A stretch of DNA of 43,607 nucleotides from Octopus bimaculoides (GCF_001194135.2 NC_068987.1:47165329-47208935); one strand, 5' to 3'; positions 1 to 11,979 are shown, counted from the first letter of the stretch. The notes: generated by a model not told the origin, from the letters alone. Made by a program: numbers and translations.

Positions 1-397
1 ATATTTTTGTATATACCTATGTATATACCTATGTATATACCTATGTACATAGATATGTATATACCTACGTACATCTCTTTAATTTTGTAACTTTAATATA
101 CTAGCCCTTCCCATGAAATTCATGTAACCTTCATATGGCGTTGTCCTGCCCAATTTCATACATCCTTCAACCACCACACATTCTATTTCAATCAATTCAC
201 TTTTTTATACAACCCTGTCTTATTTCAAGTGACAAGTGTCTCCCTCCTTATTTCTATGCTGCTCTTCTCTGCTTTGTTATTTCTACTATAAATATTCCCC
301 GGCTTATTCTTATCTCTTTTGCACTCCAGAACACCACAAATGCCCTGCCTAGACATAGCTGTTCTCTACAGCGTCAAGATATCAACACACCCCCTAT

Positions 398-520
398 CTA
401 TTCTGGCCCGAAAACTATCTGTCCAGCACCTCCCTTACGCATGTACCTTCGATAACTTTTATATTTTGCACTCACAGCCAGCCTTGCTTTCAGTTCTTCC
501 TCTTGTTTCTCTTTCCACAC
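398..520 (-). CDS. DNAJC25: DNAJC25 last coding exon (VWKEKQEEELKARLAVSAKYKSYRRYMRKGGAGQIVFGPE*)
   Basis: Acceptor ccaatttcag; open frame to TAG at 400-398; matches the QEEEL...Y-x-x-YRR-x-M...G-x-G C-terminus of homologues. Confidence 0.93.
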   Translation of the reverse strand: MWKEKQEEELKARLAVSAKYKSYRRYMRKGGAGQIVFGPE

Positions 521-1917
521 CTGAAATTGGAGAGAATAAATATTGGGTTAATGATATACTAATTGCTATATCATGTCCCTAAATACACTAATCAGAAAAG
601 CAAGGTTTAGGATCAGTAATACATGTTTTATTGGAATGAAACTTGGATTGAGAGTTAGAATGGGCCCTTCAACTTGGGGTTAGAATAAGGGTGCCATACC
701 TCCATTGTTAAAATGATAATTAGTGTTTGTGGTATATACATCATTGGTGTGAAAGTATCTTCAGTATCATGTACTACTGTAGTGACAGTAAGACTAGTGA
801 CTAACCAAAGCCTTGTGAGTGGATTTGGTGTATGGAAACTCAAAGAAGCCATAAAAAAGAGATTTTTATACCATATATTAACTTTTTTTAAATTCAATTT
901 CAGAGGGAACCCTATCCAATATTTAGTACCAGCTGCCTCCAAAAAGAAAAGAATATACATAAAATTTCAGTGATTATTGGATTGTGTTATGTCCCTTGCA
1001 AATGGCATATTTTTCTCTCTGCTATATTTTTCTAAAAACATCAAGTAATTTTAAAATTATTAATTTTGTAGATAATTAAAAGCAAGTTAGAATTAATCTT
1101 CAAAAGAGACATTTCTAAAATGAAAACAAAGGTTAATTTTTTGGGCTTCACTTATGCAAGGTTTCAAAGTTTGGCACAAGACCACCAGTTTTTAGGAGGA
1201 GAGGTAAGTCAATTACATCAAGCCCTGTACTTGACTCATACTTATTTTATCAACCCCAAAAGGATGAAAGTCGACTTTGGCAGAATTTGAATACAGAGTG
1301 TAAAGCCAGAAGAAATACCACAAACCATTTTGTCCAGTGTGCTCATGATTCTACCTGCTCACTGCCTTAAGACTAATTTTTAGTGATAACTGTCCATCAT
1401 CATCATCAACATTTAATGTCTGTTTTCCATGCTAGCATGGTTTGGGTGGCTTGACAGGAACTGGCAATGCCAGGAGCCACACCAGGTTCTATAGTCTGTT
1501 TTAGCTTAGTTTCTACAGCTTGATGCCCTTCCTCATGCCAGAGTGTACTGGGTGTTTTTTTACACGACCCCATCACCAGTGCTTTTTACATGATACCTTG
1601 GTTTTAGAATCTCGATTCTGTTGTGGTGGGCAGGTCTTCTCGAGTACAGCAATGCATCACATATTTCCAACAGAGAGTAATGTATGTGCTAACTAACTAG
1701 CAACAGAATTATAATATGATATTGTTGACATCATTAGAATTTAGTAACTTCAAGAAATATGTGAAAAAATTGTATTTTGGAAGAAAGCTACATATAATAT
1801 CATGAAGCCTTTCACTTTTCCTGTCCAAAAGCTTTCTTAACCCAATATTTACAGCTTTATCTGCTTCAAGCTTCAGCATTCCAAAACAGAATTATATATG
1901 TATATATGTGTGTAGAT

Positions 1918-2340
1918 GTCATCATCATCGTCATCATCATCATTATCATCGTTTAACGTCCGCTTTCCATGCTAGCATAGGTTGGACGATTTGACTGAGG
2001 ACTGGTGAAACCAGATGGCTACACCAGGCTCCAATCTGATTTGGCAGAGTTTCTACTGCTGGATGCCCTTCCTAACGCCAACCACTCAGAGAGTGTAGTG
2101 GGTGCTTTTACGTGTCACCCGCACGAAGGCCAGTCAGGTGGTACTGGCAATGGCCATGCTCAAAATGGTGTATTTTATGTGCCACCCGCACAAGAGCCAG
2201 TCCAGGGGCACTGGCAACGATCTCGCTCGAAAATCCTTACACATGCCACGGGCACAAGTGCCATCCCGATTTCGCTTTCGCTTGCCCCAATAAGTCTTCG
2301 CAAGCTGAGTTTCGTGTCCAATGAAGGAGACGACGTTGAT
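1918..2340 (-). mobile_element. Young non-LTR-derived repeat with (GAT)n tail and internal hairpin repeats
   Basis: Highly similar to 26970-27316 and 21726-22003; older copies at ~1395-1660 and ~24780-24960; opposite-strand copy at ~7640-7820. Confidence 0.85.
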
Positions 2341-2751
2341 GTACACACACAAACACATGTGTCTGTGTGCATGCAAGTGTGTATTTGTGAGCATATATGT
2401 ATGTGTTTGTGTGCACGTGTGTGTGTCCTTTAGCCAAGGTCTACTCTTAAACCAGTATGTCAAACTGAAGTACCTTGTGGTATTTATTCTGTGAGAATTA
2501 CATCCTTTTACACTGGTGGACTTAACCATTCTTTAAAACAAACATCAAACACAATGTACTGAAATTGTTGGATCTGAGAAAAATCTTTCAAGAAGCTTTT
2601 CTAGCACAGTCATAGTCCAATGCTAGAAACCATTGAAAGAGTAAAAAAGTAAAGAAAATATTCCACATTTGTAAAATGGAAATGTCTACAGTGCATCAAA
2701 TTGGCAGCACAAAATCCAAAACCAGTTTCCTATGACAAGACAGGAACTTAC

Positions 2752-2817
2752 ATTGAAATTTTTTTTAATCCATAATTTCTGCATCAAATAATTTTCCTTG
2801 TCATGCTCATCTATAGC
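2752..2817 (-). CDS. DNAJC25: DNAJC25 exon 10 (AIDEHDKENYLMQKLWIKKNFN)
   Basis: Acceptor atttcag, donor AAT|GTAAGT, 66 nt phase 0-0; LWIK-x-N motif. Confidence 0.93.
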
Positions 2818-4438
2818 CTGAAATATAATAATAACAACAATAATAATAATAATTATTACTTCAAATTTTGGCACAAGGTCAGCAATTTTGGGGAAGGGGT
2901 AAATCGATTAGATCAAGCCCCGTGCTCAACTGGCACTTAATTTATCAACCCCAAAAGGATGAAAGGCAAAGTCGACCTCAATGGAATTTGAACTCAGAAT
3001 GTAAAGACGGATGAAATGCCACTAAGCATTTTGCCTGGCATGCTAAAATAATAATAATCCTTTCTACTATAGGGACAAGGTTTTAAATTTTGTGGGAGAG
3101 AACGAGATGATTACATCAACCAAAGTTCTCAACTGGTACTTATTTTATCAAACCTGAGAAGATGAANNNNNNNNNNNNNNNNNNNNNNNNNNNNNNNNNN
3201 NNNNNNNNNNNNNNNNNNNNNNNNNNNNNNNNNNNNNNNNNNNNNNNNNNNNNNNNNNNNNNNNNNNNNNNNNNNNNNNNNNNNNNNNNNNNNNNNNNNN
3301 NNNNNNNNNNNNNNNNNNNNNNNNNNNCCTTTCTACTATAGGGACAAGGTTTGAAATTTTGTGGGAGAGAACGAGATGATTACATCAACCAAAGTTCTCA
3401 ACTGGTACTTATTTTATCAAACCTGAGAAGATGAAGAAGCAAAGATAACCTCTGTGGCATTTGAATTCACAAGGCCTGACATTTTGGAGAGAGAACTATT
3501 TGATTAATGACCCCAGTGTTCAACTAGCAATTATTTCATCAACCCTGAAAAGATGAAAAGCACAGTTGACCTCAGTAAAATTTGTACTAAAAACAAAGAG
3601 CCAGGAGAAATGCTGGTAAGCATTTTGTCTGACATAACAATCCTGCCATACCACCTTCTTAATAATAATATTAACAATTTCTTTATTAACCACTAAGGGT
3701 TTGCATATAGATCAAGGATGGTAGAGAGTAAATCAAACCAATATGGTATGATGTGAGGTTATAAGCAGGTATGTCAAGAATTCATGTAAACACACATCAT
3801 ATTGGTCATAAGTGTCCAATTTGTTGTAGAAAGTACAAACACAAAACAATAAAGAAAGCATTAACAAGAAAGGAACTTCAAAATGGGGTTAATCACACAG
3901 AGTGATTTGGAATACACGACACAAAAACCTGGACTATTATGACACATTAAAAACAAGCCCTTTCCCTCAGTTCTTGCAACCAACTTACAGCCACATAAGT
4001 TGCTCATTTAACCACACCGATTACATCATTCTTAACCATCTTTCATAAAAAAATATATTGTTGGGCAGCACCTCCTCCTTTCTCTTAAAGTGGTACCTTA
4101 AGTTGGTGAGGACATAGATAGAGGGGGTTAATAGATAATCAGATCTATCCTGCACATGATAATAACTGCAGTTCACAGGGTCTGAACTCAAAACCACATG
4201 GTTCAGAAGCAAGATTTTTTAATCACACAGCTATGTGTGTGACACCATCTTATGAAAGGACACACTGAATAATGTTGTCCCAAGTTCCTTTCAGACAGGA
4301 AAAGAAACAGGGTTGGTACGGTCAAAGTACCTTTGATCAGAGATATACTAAACTGGAGTAGATCAGGAGTTGAACAACAACAATCCTCACCAGCACATAA
4401 CCACAACTACCCATGCAGCCAATCATGACCACAATAGC

Positions 4439-4624
4439 CTCAAACTGCTACCTAAGAGGTTGAAGGATATTGAAATTGAGACATGCATTGATGACCTGTA
4501 GGAAAGTGCAATCCTCTATTCTGCAAAAATATTAAGAAAGATTTTTGAGATTTGAGGAGACATATTGTCACCAAACCTCAAAACAACATCCCTGCTAACT
4601 AATATAGCATGTAGCAGTTATAAT
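4439..4624 (+). repeat. 186-bp near-identical copy of 5519-5704
   Basis: Direct comparison shows one mismatch (4500 a vs 5580 c); offset 1080 bp. Confidence 0.95.
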
Positions 4625-4644
4625 TAGAATAATTGACTACTTAC

Positions 4645-4840
4645 CTCCCACTGGGTGGAACTAAGTTTCATATATGTCTGAATTATATACATTTTCTCTT
4701 CTAGCCCATACTCTTCTTTCTTAATATTAAATTTCCAGATCCATCGGATATACCAATATAGATATCGTAAGATATAGTATGGACTAAGGACTAACTGGAT
4801 CCAAAGGACATTATAGATTTTGGGTTTACTAAACCCTCCT
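4645..4840 (-). CDS. DNAJC25: DNAJC25 exon 9 (RGGFSKPKIYNVLWIQLVLSPYYILRYLYWYIRWIWKFNIKKEEYGLEEKMYIIQTYMKLSSTQWE)
   Basis: Acceptor tttttcag, donor GAG|GTAAGT, 196 nt phase 2-0; GG-x-x-KP and W-x-x-RWI-x-x-FNIK-x-x-EYG motifs. Confidence 0.96.
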
Positions 4841-4951
4841 CTGAAAAATAAAAAAAAATGGATGCCAAAGAGAGTGTTTATTTTAGTGATGTTTATGGAT
4901 GGCAAAAATGGATTGTTGCATGATTACAAACAAACAAATGAGTAGACTCAC

Positions 4952-5016
4952 CTGATATCCATTTTTTGTTCTATAACTTTTCTTATAATAGTTTCTTCTT
5001 CTTCTCGAATTTCTTC
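4952..5016 (-). CDS. DNAJC25: DNAJC25 exon 8 (EEIREEEETIIRKVIEQKMDI)
   Basis: Acceptor cttcttccag, donor AG|GTGAGT, 65 nt phase 0-2. Confidence 0.94.
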
Positions 5017-5050
5017 CTGGAAGAAGAAATATATTAATAGATGAAGGCAT

Positions 5051-5105
<55 letters not shown>

Positions 5106-5165
5106 CAGCAGCAGCAACAGCAGCAGCAGCAGTAGTAGTAGTAGCAGCAGTAGTAGCAGTAGCAG
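5051..5165. repeat. Compound (TAG)n/(CAG)n microsatellite
   Basis: Direct reading. Confidence 0.98.
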
Positions 5166-5228
5166 AAAGAAAGGAAGAAAGAAAATAAAAGAAGAAAGAA
5201 AAATGAAAAAAGGAAGAAGAGGCAGCTG

Positions 5229-5704
5229 CAAAGTGGTATGAACAAAAGTCGGGCAGTGGCTATGATGGAGAATAATAATTACAGGATTTTATGGGGTTTT
5301 CCCAAAAGGATTGATGATACTATTGAAGCAAGGAGACCAGATATGATTATAGAGATCAAAGTAAAAATAAAACCTGCAAGATCATAGACTTTGCAATGCC
5401 ATATATGTAGGTGAACACGAAAGAAATTGTGAAATATCAAGACCTAATCAGAGAGATGAAATTGAGGAAGACTAAGACAACAATTATTCCAGTGGTAAGA
5501 GGTTCATTTGGCACAATACTCAAACTGCTACCTAAGAGGTTGAAGGATATTGAAATTGAGACATGCATTGATGACCTGTCGGAAAGTGCAATCCTCTATT
5601 CTGCAAAAATATTAAGAAAGATTTTTGAGATTTGAGGAGACATATTGTCACCAAACCTCAAAACAACATCCCTGCTAACTAATATAGCATGTAGCAGTTA
5701 TAAT
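5229..5704 (+). mobile_element. 3' fragment of a restriction-like-endonuclease non-LTR element (R4/Dong-like)
   Basis: Frameshifted KWYE...ILW...RRPDMII...IIDFAMPY...KEIVKYQDL...IIPVVRGSFGTI (PD-(D/E)xK RLE signature) ending ILRKIFEI*. Confidence 0.75.
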
Positions 5705-6320
5705 GTTTCAAATTTTGGCATAAGGCCAGCAGTTTTCCAGGGGACAGCGTTAGTTGATAACATGGACCCAATACTGAGTACTTGAGTGGTACTTCATTTC
5801 ATTGACCCCCCCAAAAGGACAAAAGGTAAAGCTGATTTCTTAAGATTTGAACTCAGCAACATTTCTTCTAACACACTAACAATTTCGCAAACTCATGCTT
5901 CTAATTTAAGTGCAAAACCAGCAATTTTGAAGGAAGGTGTTAATAGACCTCAATACTTGACTGGTACATTACTTTATCAACTCCTGGAGGGATGAAAGTT
6001 AAGGTTGCTCTTGGCAGAATTTGAACTCAGAACATGACGAGTCAGAAGAAATGCTAAGCAATTTGTTTGACACCAATGATTTTGCCAGCTAAGCGCCATA
6101 ACATTCCTTTCTACTATAGCCACAAAGCCTGAAATTTTGGAGGGGGCAAGTCAATTACATTGACCCCAGTGTGTAACTGGTACTTAATTTATCAACCCCC
6201 AAAAGAATGAAAAGCAAAATCAACCTCAGTAGAATTTGAACTCAGAATGTAAAGACAGACAAAATACCACTAAGCATTTTGTCCAGTGTGCTGATGATTC
6301 TGCCAGCTCACCACCTTCCT
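5705..6320 (-). mobile_element. Cluster of three SINE copies, third family (GAGTTCAAATTC B-box head)
   Basis: Repeated ATTTGAACTCAG and CAACCCC...GGATGAAAG blocks. Same-orientation copies at ~1150-1370, 2860-3166, 3328-3660, 24180-24350, 33065-33480; opposite-orientation copies at ~9360-9500, 12290-12390, 17455-17590, 39935-40148. Confidence 0.8.
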
Positions 6321-6807
6321 ATGTGCCACAATATTAATAATGAGATGATTGTATACAGTGCTTAGGTGCACTACAATTTGTTGGAAAAGGGTAAAAAGAA
6401 AAGTAGCAATGAAAGCTAGAGTGCGTGCATAGTACACAAAACACAAAAGGACAGGAAATAGTAAAACGTGCCATAAAAAGGCATGCTAGGAGCAGTGTCA
6501 GGAAATTTCTTGGAGCATATAAAATTTTGAAGGATATCATTGACCCTAATACAACAGATTAAGAAGACATAAATTCTCACCAGACATGGACTTGTCATAG
6601 AGGACTTCATAAACACAGAGAAGATTAATACAAAGTTGTTTTATCAACAGCAACAGACTTTTGATTGTATGGATTAACAGTGAAGAGCTTTCACTGGATA
6701 AATAATTAATGCAGAGTTGATAACAGAAAAATTAACCCAATTCCCAAAAGATGTATTTTTCCAATTAATAAAAAGATAGAGGTAAAAAATTCTTTTAATA
6801 TTCTCAC

Positions 6808-6945
6808 CTTTTTCCTTCTATCTTTTTTTCTATTTGTATTAAGTAAGCCTTCGGTTTTGGCTATTTCTGTGGCCTGTATCCGATATTTGGGTTCTTTTGA
6901 TAACTGTACAATGGCCGTGTTATAGTTGTTCCATGCATTTAAATA
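6808..6945 (-). CDS. DNAJC25: DNAJC25 exon 7 (YLNAWNNYNTAIVQLSKEPKYRIQATEIAKTEGLLNTNRKKDRRKK)
   Basis: Acceptor gttttcag, donor AAG|GTGAGA, 138 nt phase 0-0; PKYRIQATEIAK as in homologues (from memory). Confidence 0.95.
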
Positions 6946-6991
6946 CTGAAAACAGAAATAGTGAATGAAAGTTAAAGACTTAAGTGGTTAA

Positions 6992-7321
6992 CTGGCGGAT
7001 ATAAAGAATGTAGATTATCTCGTTTTTGTTTTTTGCTACATATTTCGCAAAAAAAAAATTCTGAAAAAAGTGAAAATTGAAGAATTTAGGNNNNNNNNNN
7101 NNNNNNNNNNNNNNNNNNNNNNNNNNNNNNNNNNNNNNNNNNNNNNNNNNNNNNNNNNNNNNNNNNNNNNNNNNNNNNNNNNNNNNNNNNNNNNNNNNNN
7201 NNNNNNNNNNNNNNNNNNNNNNNNNNNNNNNNNNNNNNCCGTACTCGAAAATGGGGGATTCTGTAGAAAAAAACAAAACAAAACAAAAGGGGGTGCGATC
7301 CACATTCTTTACATCTGCCGG
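6992..7321. mobile_element. piggyBac-like MITE spanning an N gap
   Basis: TTAA at 6988-6991 and 7322-7325; ~24-bp TIRs C(T/C)GGC(G/A)GAT(A/G)TAAAGAATGT(A/G)GAT. Confidence 0.7.
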
Positions 7322-7639
7322 TTAACTGATGACTGATCAGCTAACAGTGTCCAGTTAGTAAATGGACAATAGAGATGATCAGGTAGTGAATGAACAGAAA
7401 AAAAGTGAACATCTTAGGTTAAAAGCCCTGTCTTTTTCCTTAATGGTATGGTAACTTTGGAGAATTCTTAATTCTTAAGATTATCTTCACTTCTTATATG
7501 AAGCTAATTTTAATTGTCATTTAGTTATAGTAACACATCTTGTAGAGACGGAGATAATTTTAATAAATCAAGACTGTTTACTGTATGGCATTTGATACAT
7601 CTATATTTGCCTATGTCATTCATATACATGCCAGTGGCA

Positions 7640-7820
7640 CATAAAAGCACCCACTACATTCTTGGAATGGTTGGTGTTAGGAAGGGCATCCAGCTGTAGA
7701 AACTCTGCCAGAAGATCAGATTGGAGCCTGGTGCAGCCATCTGGCTCGCCAGTCCTCAGTCAAACCATCCAATCCATGCCAGCATGGAAAGCGGACATTA
7801 AACGATGATGATGATGATGC
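7640..7820 (+). mobile_element. 3' part of the (GAT)n-tailed family in opposite orientation
   Basis: GAAGGGCATCCAGCTGTAGAAACTCTGCCA...GGAAAGCGGACATTAAACGATGATGATG. Confidence 0.8.
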
Positions 7821-10618
7821 CACTGGCAACTTTGAGTTATTTCTCTCAGTTCATTTTTGTTTTTAATTTATGTAAATTACCAAAGCCATAAATGTATTCT
7901 ACTCTTTCTGTATACATCTATGTCACTTGGATGCTGGAAATAGGGTAGGACAATTCTCATGCTAATGACACCTATTGAGGCAGAAACACATGCCCATGCC
8001 CATAACTGTCATTTTATCTCTCAACAGTTCTGTCCTTTTCCTTAACAGCGTGTCAACTTTGGAGAATTTTTGATTCTTTGGATTATCTCCCGATCTCATA
8101 AAGTGCTGTTCTCAATTACCATTTGGTAACTGTGACACATCATTTACAGATGCAGATAATTTTAATAAACCAAAACTTTATATTGTATAGTATTTGATAT
8201 ATCTGTATTTATCTATGCTGCTCATATACATTCCATTGACCACTCTAAGTCATTTTTTGTTTAATGAGTGGAGACAAAGTCCAGGAAGCCTAATGTTTGA
8301 AACAGTTTCAGTCATATATATATNNNNNNNNNNNNNNNNNNNNNNNNNNNNNNNNNNNNNNNNNNNNNNNNNNNNNNNNNNNNNNNNNNNNNNNNNNNNN
8401 NNNNNNNNNNNNNNNNNNNNNNNNNNNNNNNNNNNNNNNNNNNNNNNNNNNNNNNNNNNNNNNNNNNNNNNNNNNNNNNATATAAGACAAGAATTCATAA
8501 CTACCTCGAACTCACAAGAGTAAAAAAAAAGAGAGACAGAGACAGGCAGAAACAAGGAAAATGCCCCTTGTATTTGAATACTAAGGAAATATTTTTTTTA
8601 AAAACTTTTCATTTAATTTTTCCACAATTTAATTGTCTTCCATACTTAAGGTTGAAAAAGTCTCAATGACTGAAACTAATATTAAAATGTCTTTCATGAT
8701 AAAATTAATTTAGCATTTTCTACCTTGACTCATTTTCCTTTTATATATAAAAAAGAAATTATGAAGCCTAGTATTTATAGCAACATTGTGAGGTTTTTTT
8801 CTATCTGTAGCTCAAATGTAGGGAAGATGTTAGTGCAAGATTATTTTAATAGTACTTTCCTATTGCTAAAGGATACTGGTTACCAAGTTCTTATTGATGG
8901 ATGTTTTCAAGGTTTCTATAGAAATAATGAAAGTCTGACATAAGGCATCAAGACAAAGGGTGGATAAAGCCTAAACACAAGATGCTGGAGGGAACTATAG
9001 AAGTGCTTTAATATTTCACAACAGTGATATATTTCTAAACAGTATTACAAGCTGTGATGATAAAATAAATGGCAGTGGTACTTCTATAATATAACACAGT
9101 GATATCACTGTGGTGAACTAAAGGGTGGCTGTGATAGTTAGAACCTTTTGCTTGCAATGCCTTCTTATTTTTGCATAAAATAACTGCAATTAGATCCAAT
9201 AAGGATTTGCCAAATGCAAGGATTATCAAACTCTTTCTTCCAGTGTAACCCTTCATGTCCAGCAGTGGTAGCATACTCTGTGTGAAGAATATAGTGTAAA
9301 AAATGGTTGGATGTCACAAAAGAGACAATAGACACATATTATTTGTCATTAATTCAATTTAATTTCAAGAGTTCAAATTCCACTGTGATCAATTTTACCT
9401 TTTATGCTTTAAGGATTAGTGAAAGAAAGTACTAAGGTTGATATAATTGACTCTTCCCCTCCCCTAAAATTTCTGGCCTTGTGCATATGTAAGAAATTAA
9501 TTTCATTTAAATAAATATTAAATTTTTAATGAGATGGATTAATTTTGCTATTTCTAACAAGTAACTTGGTTCTAGATACAGTTTCAGAGAGGTACATTCT
9601 CATATCGTTCTTTACTAACAATCTTGCATAAATTTTGTTTTTTGGTTAAATATTGGTGAAATCTCTTGTTTACAAGTATACAGAAACAGGTCAGGCTTTC
9701 TGTCACTTATAACGACAAGTGTTCCAGTTGATATGAGCAACCAAACGGCCTGCTTGTGAAATTAATGTGCAAGTGGCTACAGGCACATGCACTCTTAATG
9801 TAATCCTTACAGAGATTCAGTGTGATGCAGTGTGACAAGACTGAGTGAACTGGAGCTTTTCTCAAGGACGCAACATGCCACCGGGAATCTAACCTTATGA
9901 TCATGAGCCAAATGCCCTAACCCCTAAGTCACATACCTTCATATATAGGAATAGCAAAAGGGCTCTTCACACATTTTCTAAACACATGAGTTGCACTTAG
10001 TTGGTCATGCTTAGTTCATAATTCTAGTGTTTTTACAAACCTCACCTACACCAATATTTTCTCTTGTATACTCCAATTTGAGAAGCTGTGTTCCTTAATG
10101 TTTAAAGAAAAAATTCCCAAGAGACTCTACAGGTTTTACTTACTAAGAAATGTAGTGAATGCAGAGGCATAGATTTTTTTGTAATACAATAACTGCTAAT
10201 GATAAATATGATGAAATATCGGATAATAATGATATTTCTATAAAATACTGAGATATTTTATAATTCTGGTGAAACTATCATCAGCTAGTGATAAACCATG
10301 CCTCTGTTTAGCTAAAATCCAAACTTTGCACTCAAATATGCAGTGGATTATCATATAGTGTAGAGTATGGCATCAAGGATATGTTGTATTTTCTCTGTTG
10401 TCCAATATAATTGTGTACCCATTGTTATTTATTTTTCCTAACATTATGTATCTAGGACTACATTAACCAATATGCCCTTCATAATTTATGATAGTAGGAT
10501 GTGTTTTGAAGGAATTTTGCTACTATTTCTAGCAGCACAGAGCTCTTTTGTTGACTTAAGGATCAATGAGATGCAAATGTAAATGTAAGTGTATAATGAA
10601 TATAATGAAATTTTCTCA

Positions 10619-10915
<297 letters not shown>

Positions 10916-10938
10916 TCAGTTAAAGGATTAACTAATAC

Positions 10939-11607
10939 GGATCTTGTTCAAAACGGGGGCACCAGTTTTCATTTATGTTTTATGTAGTGTTTTTGGTACC
11001 GAAAGACTTTCAAACTTCGTATACTTATCTATTTTGTGTTATAGAACAGAAAAAAATTTTTGTATTCGAATTTATTTCATGTAAAAAATTGTCTTATTTC
11101 GATAATTTCAACCAATCACTGACAAGTATTCAGCTGTTTACACTTACTCCTTTGGCAATTTAAGCGGTGTAAAGCGTATTTAATCTCCATTACTTCTGAC
11201 ATTTTGCAGAGAGGCAACACATGTGTGTTCGTTTTCCCTAACCCTAATTGACTTGCTCCTTCCCTCAAAAATCAGGCCTTGTGCCTATAATAGAAAGGTT
11301 TATTAGCTACTGCCAATATGCTTCAGCCATTTTTTGACAAGTAAATAATAATTTTATCACCGCCAGAATCGTTTCAGAATCGTTTGTTTACGTAGTCAGC
11401 ACTTAATGAATTCGGCTGAATGGACGTCAGTCATTGGTTGAAATTACAGAAATACGACAACTTTAACATGAAATAACTTGCGATGTACGTTTTTTTGTTA
11501 AGAAGACTAAGAGAAAAAGATGTTTTATATGACACATTCTACCAGTGTCCCAAGTTTCAAAGTGTTTCGTTAAGAAAATACTGGTGCCCCCGTTTTGAAC
11601 AAGATCC
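10939..11607. mobile_element. MITE with perfect 28-bp TIRs and 8-bp TSD (Merlin-like by GG termini; tentative)
   Basis: TIR GGATCTTGTTCAAAACGGGGGCACCAGT at both ends; ACTAATAC at 10931-10938 and 11608-11615; sub-terminal inverted similarity; SINE fragment nested at ~11230-11300. Confidence 0.9.
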
Positions 11608-11784
11608 ACTAATACATTTAAATTATACAAGAAGAATTATGTCACAGGAAATTAAATATCAGATAGCAATAGAAAATAAGATAGAGCAGAGATCACTACT
11701 GGCCAGCTGTGACCATCCAATCTTTTATTCAGATATAGCTTATCTAGGACATTATCCAATATATCTGTTTTTGTCATTGTTTAA

Positions 11785-11979
11785 CCCTTTAGCATTTAAA
11801 CCAGCCATATCAGGTCAAATTGACCAGATCTAACATTTTTCACTTACCCTACAATATTATTCTAAAAATAAACACTCACATCATTGAAATTTCAAAGCTA
11901 CAAGATAATGCATGTCTAATTGAAACTGATGTGAATAAATAAGCATTACACTAGACAGAGAAACTTGAATGCTAAAGGG
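11785..11979. mobile_element. piggyBac-type MITE
   Basis: TTAA on both sides; 12-bp TIR CCCTTTAGCATT. Confidence 0.8.

Noticed and set aside
78-97. ATTAAA hexamers on the minus strand as DNAJC25 poly(A) signals
   Set aside because: Common in AT-rich DNA, and the 3' end cannot be placed without transcript data.
3058-3435. ~108-bp duplication on both sides of the 3167-3327 gap
   Set aside because: Near-identical sequence flanking an N gap is typical of unmerged contig or haplotype overlap.
4883-5245. Poly-Y/C/L/S ORFs and the many CVCV/HTHT/MYV ORFs
   Set aside because: Translations of microsatellites, with no splice or homology support.
9095-9112. Perfect 18-bp palindrome CACAGTGATATCACTGTG
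   Set aside because: Isolated, with no supporting context; could be a chance or local fold-back event.
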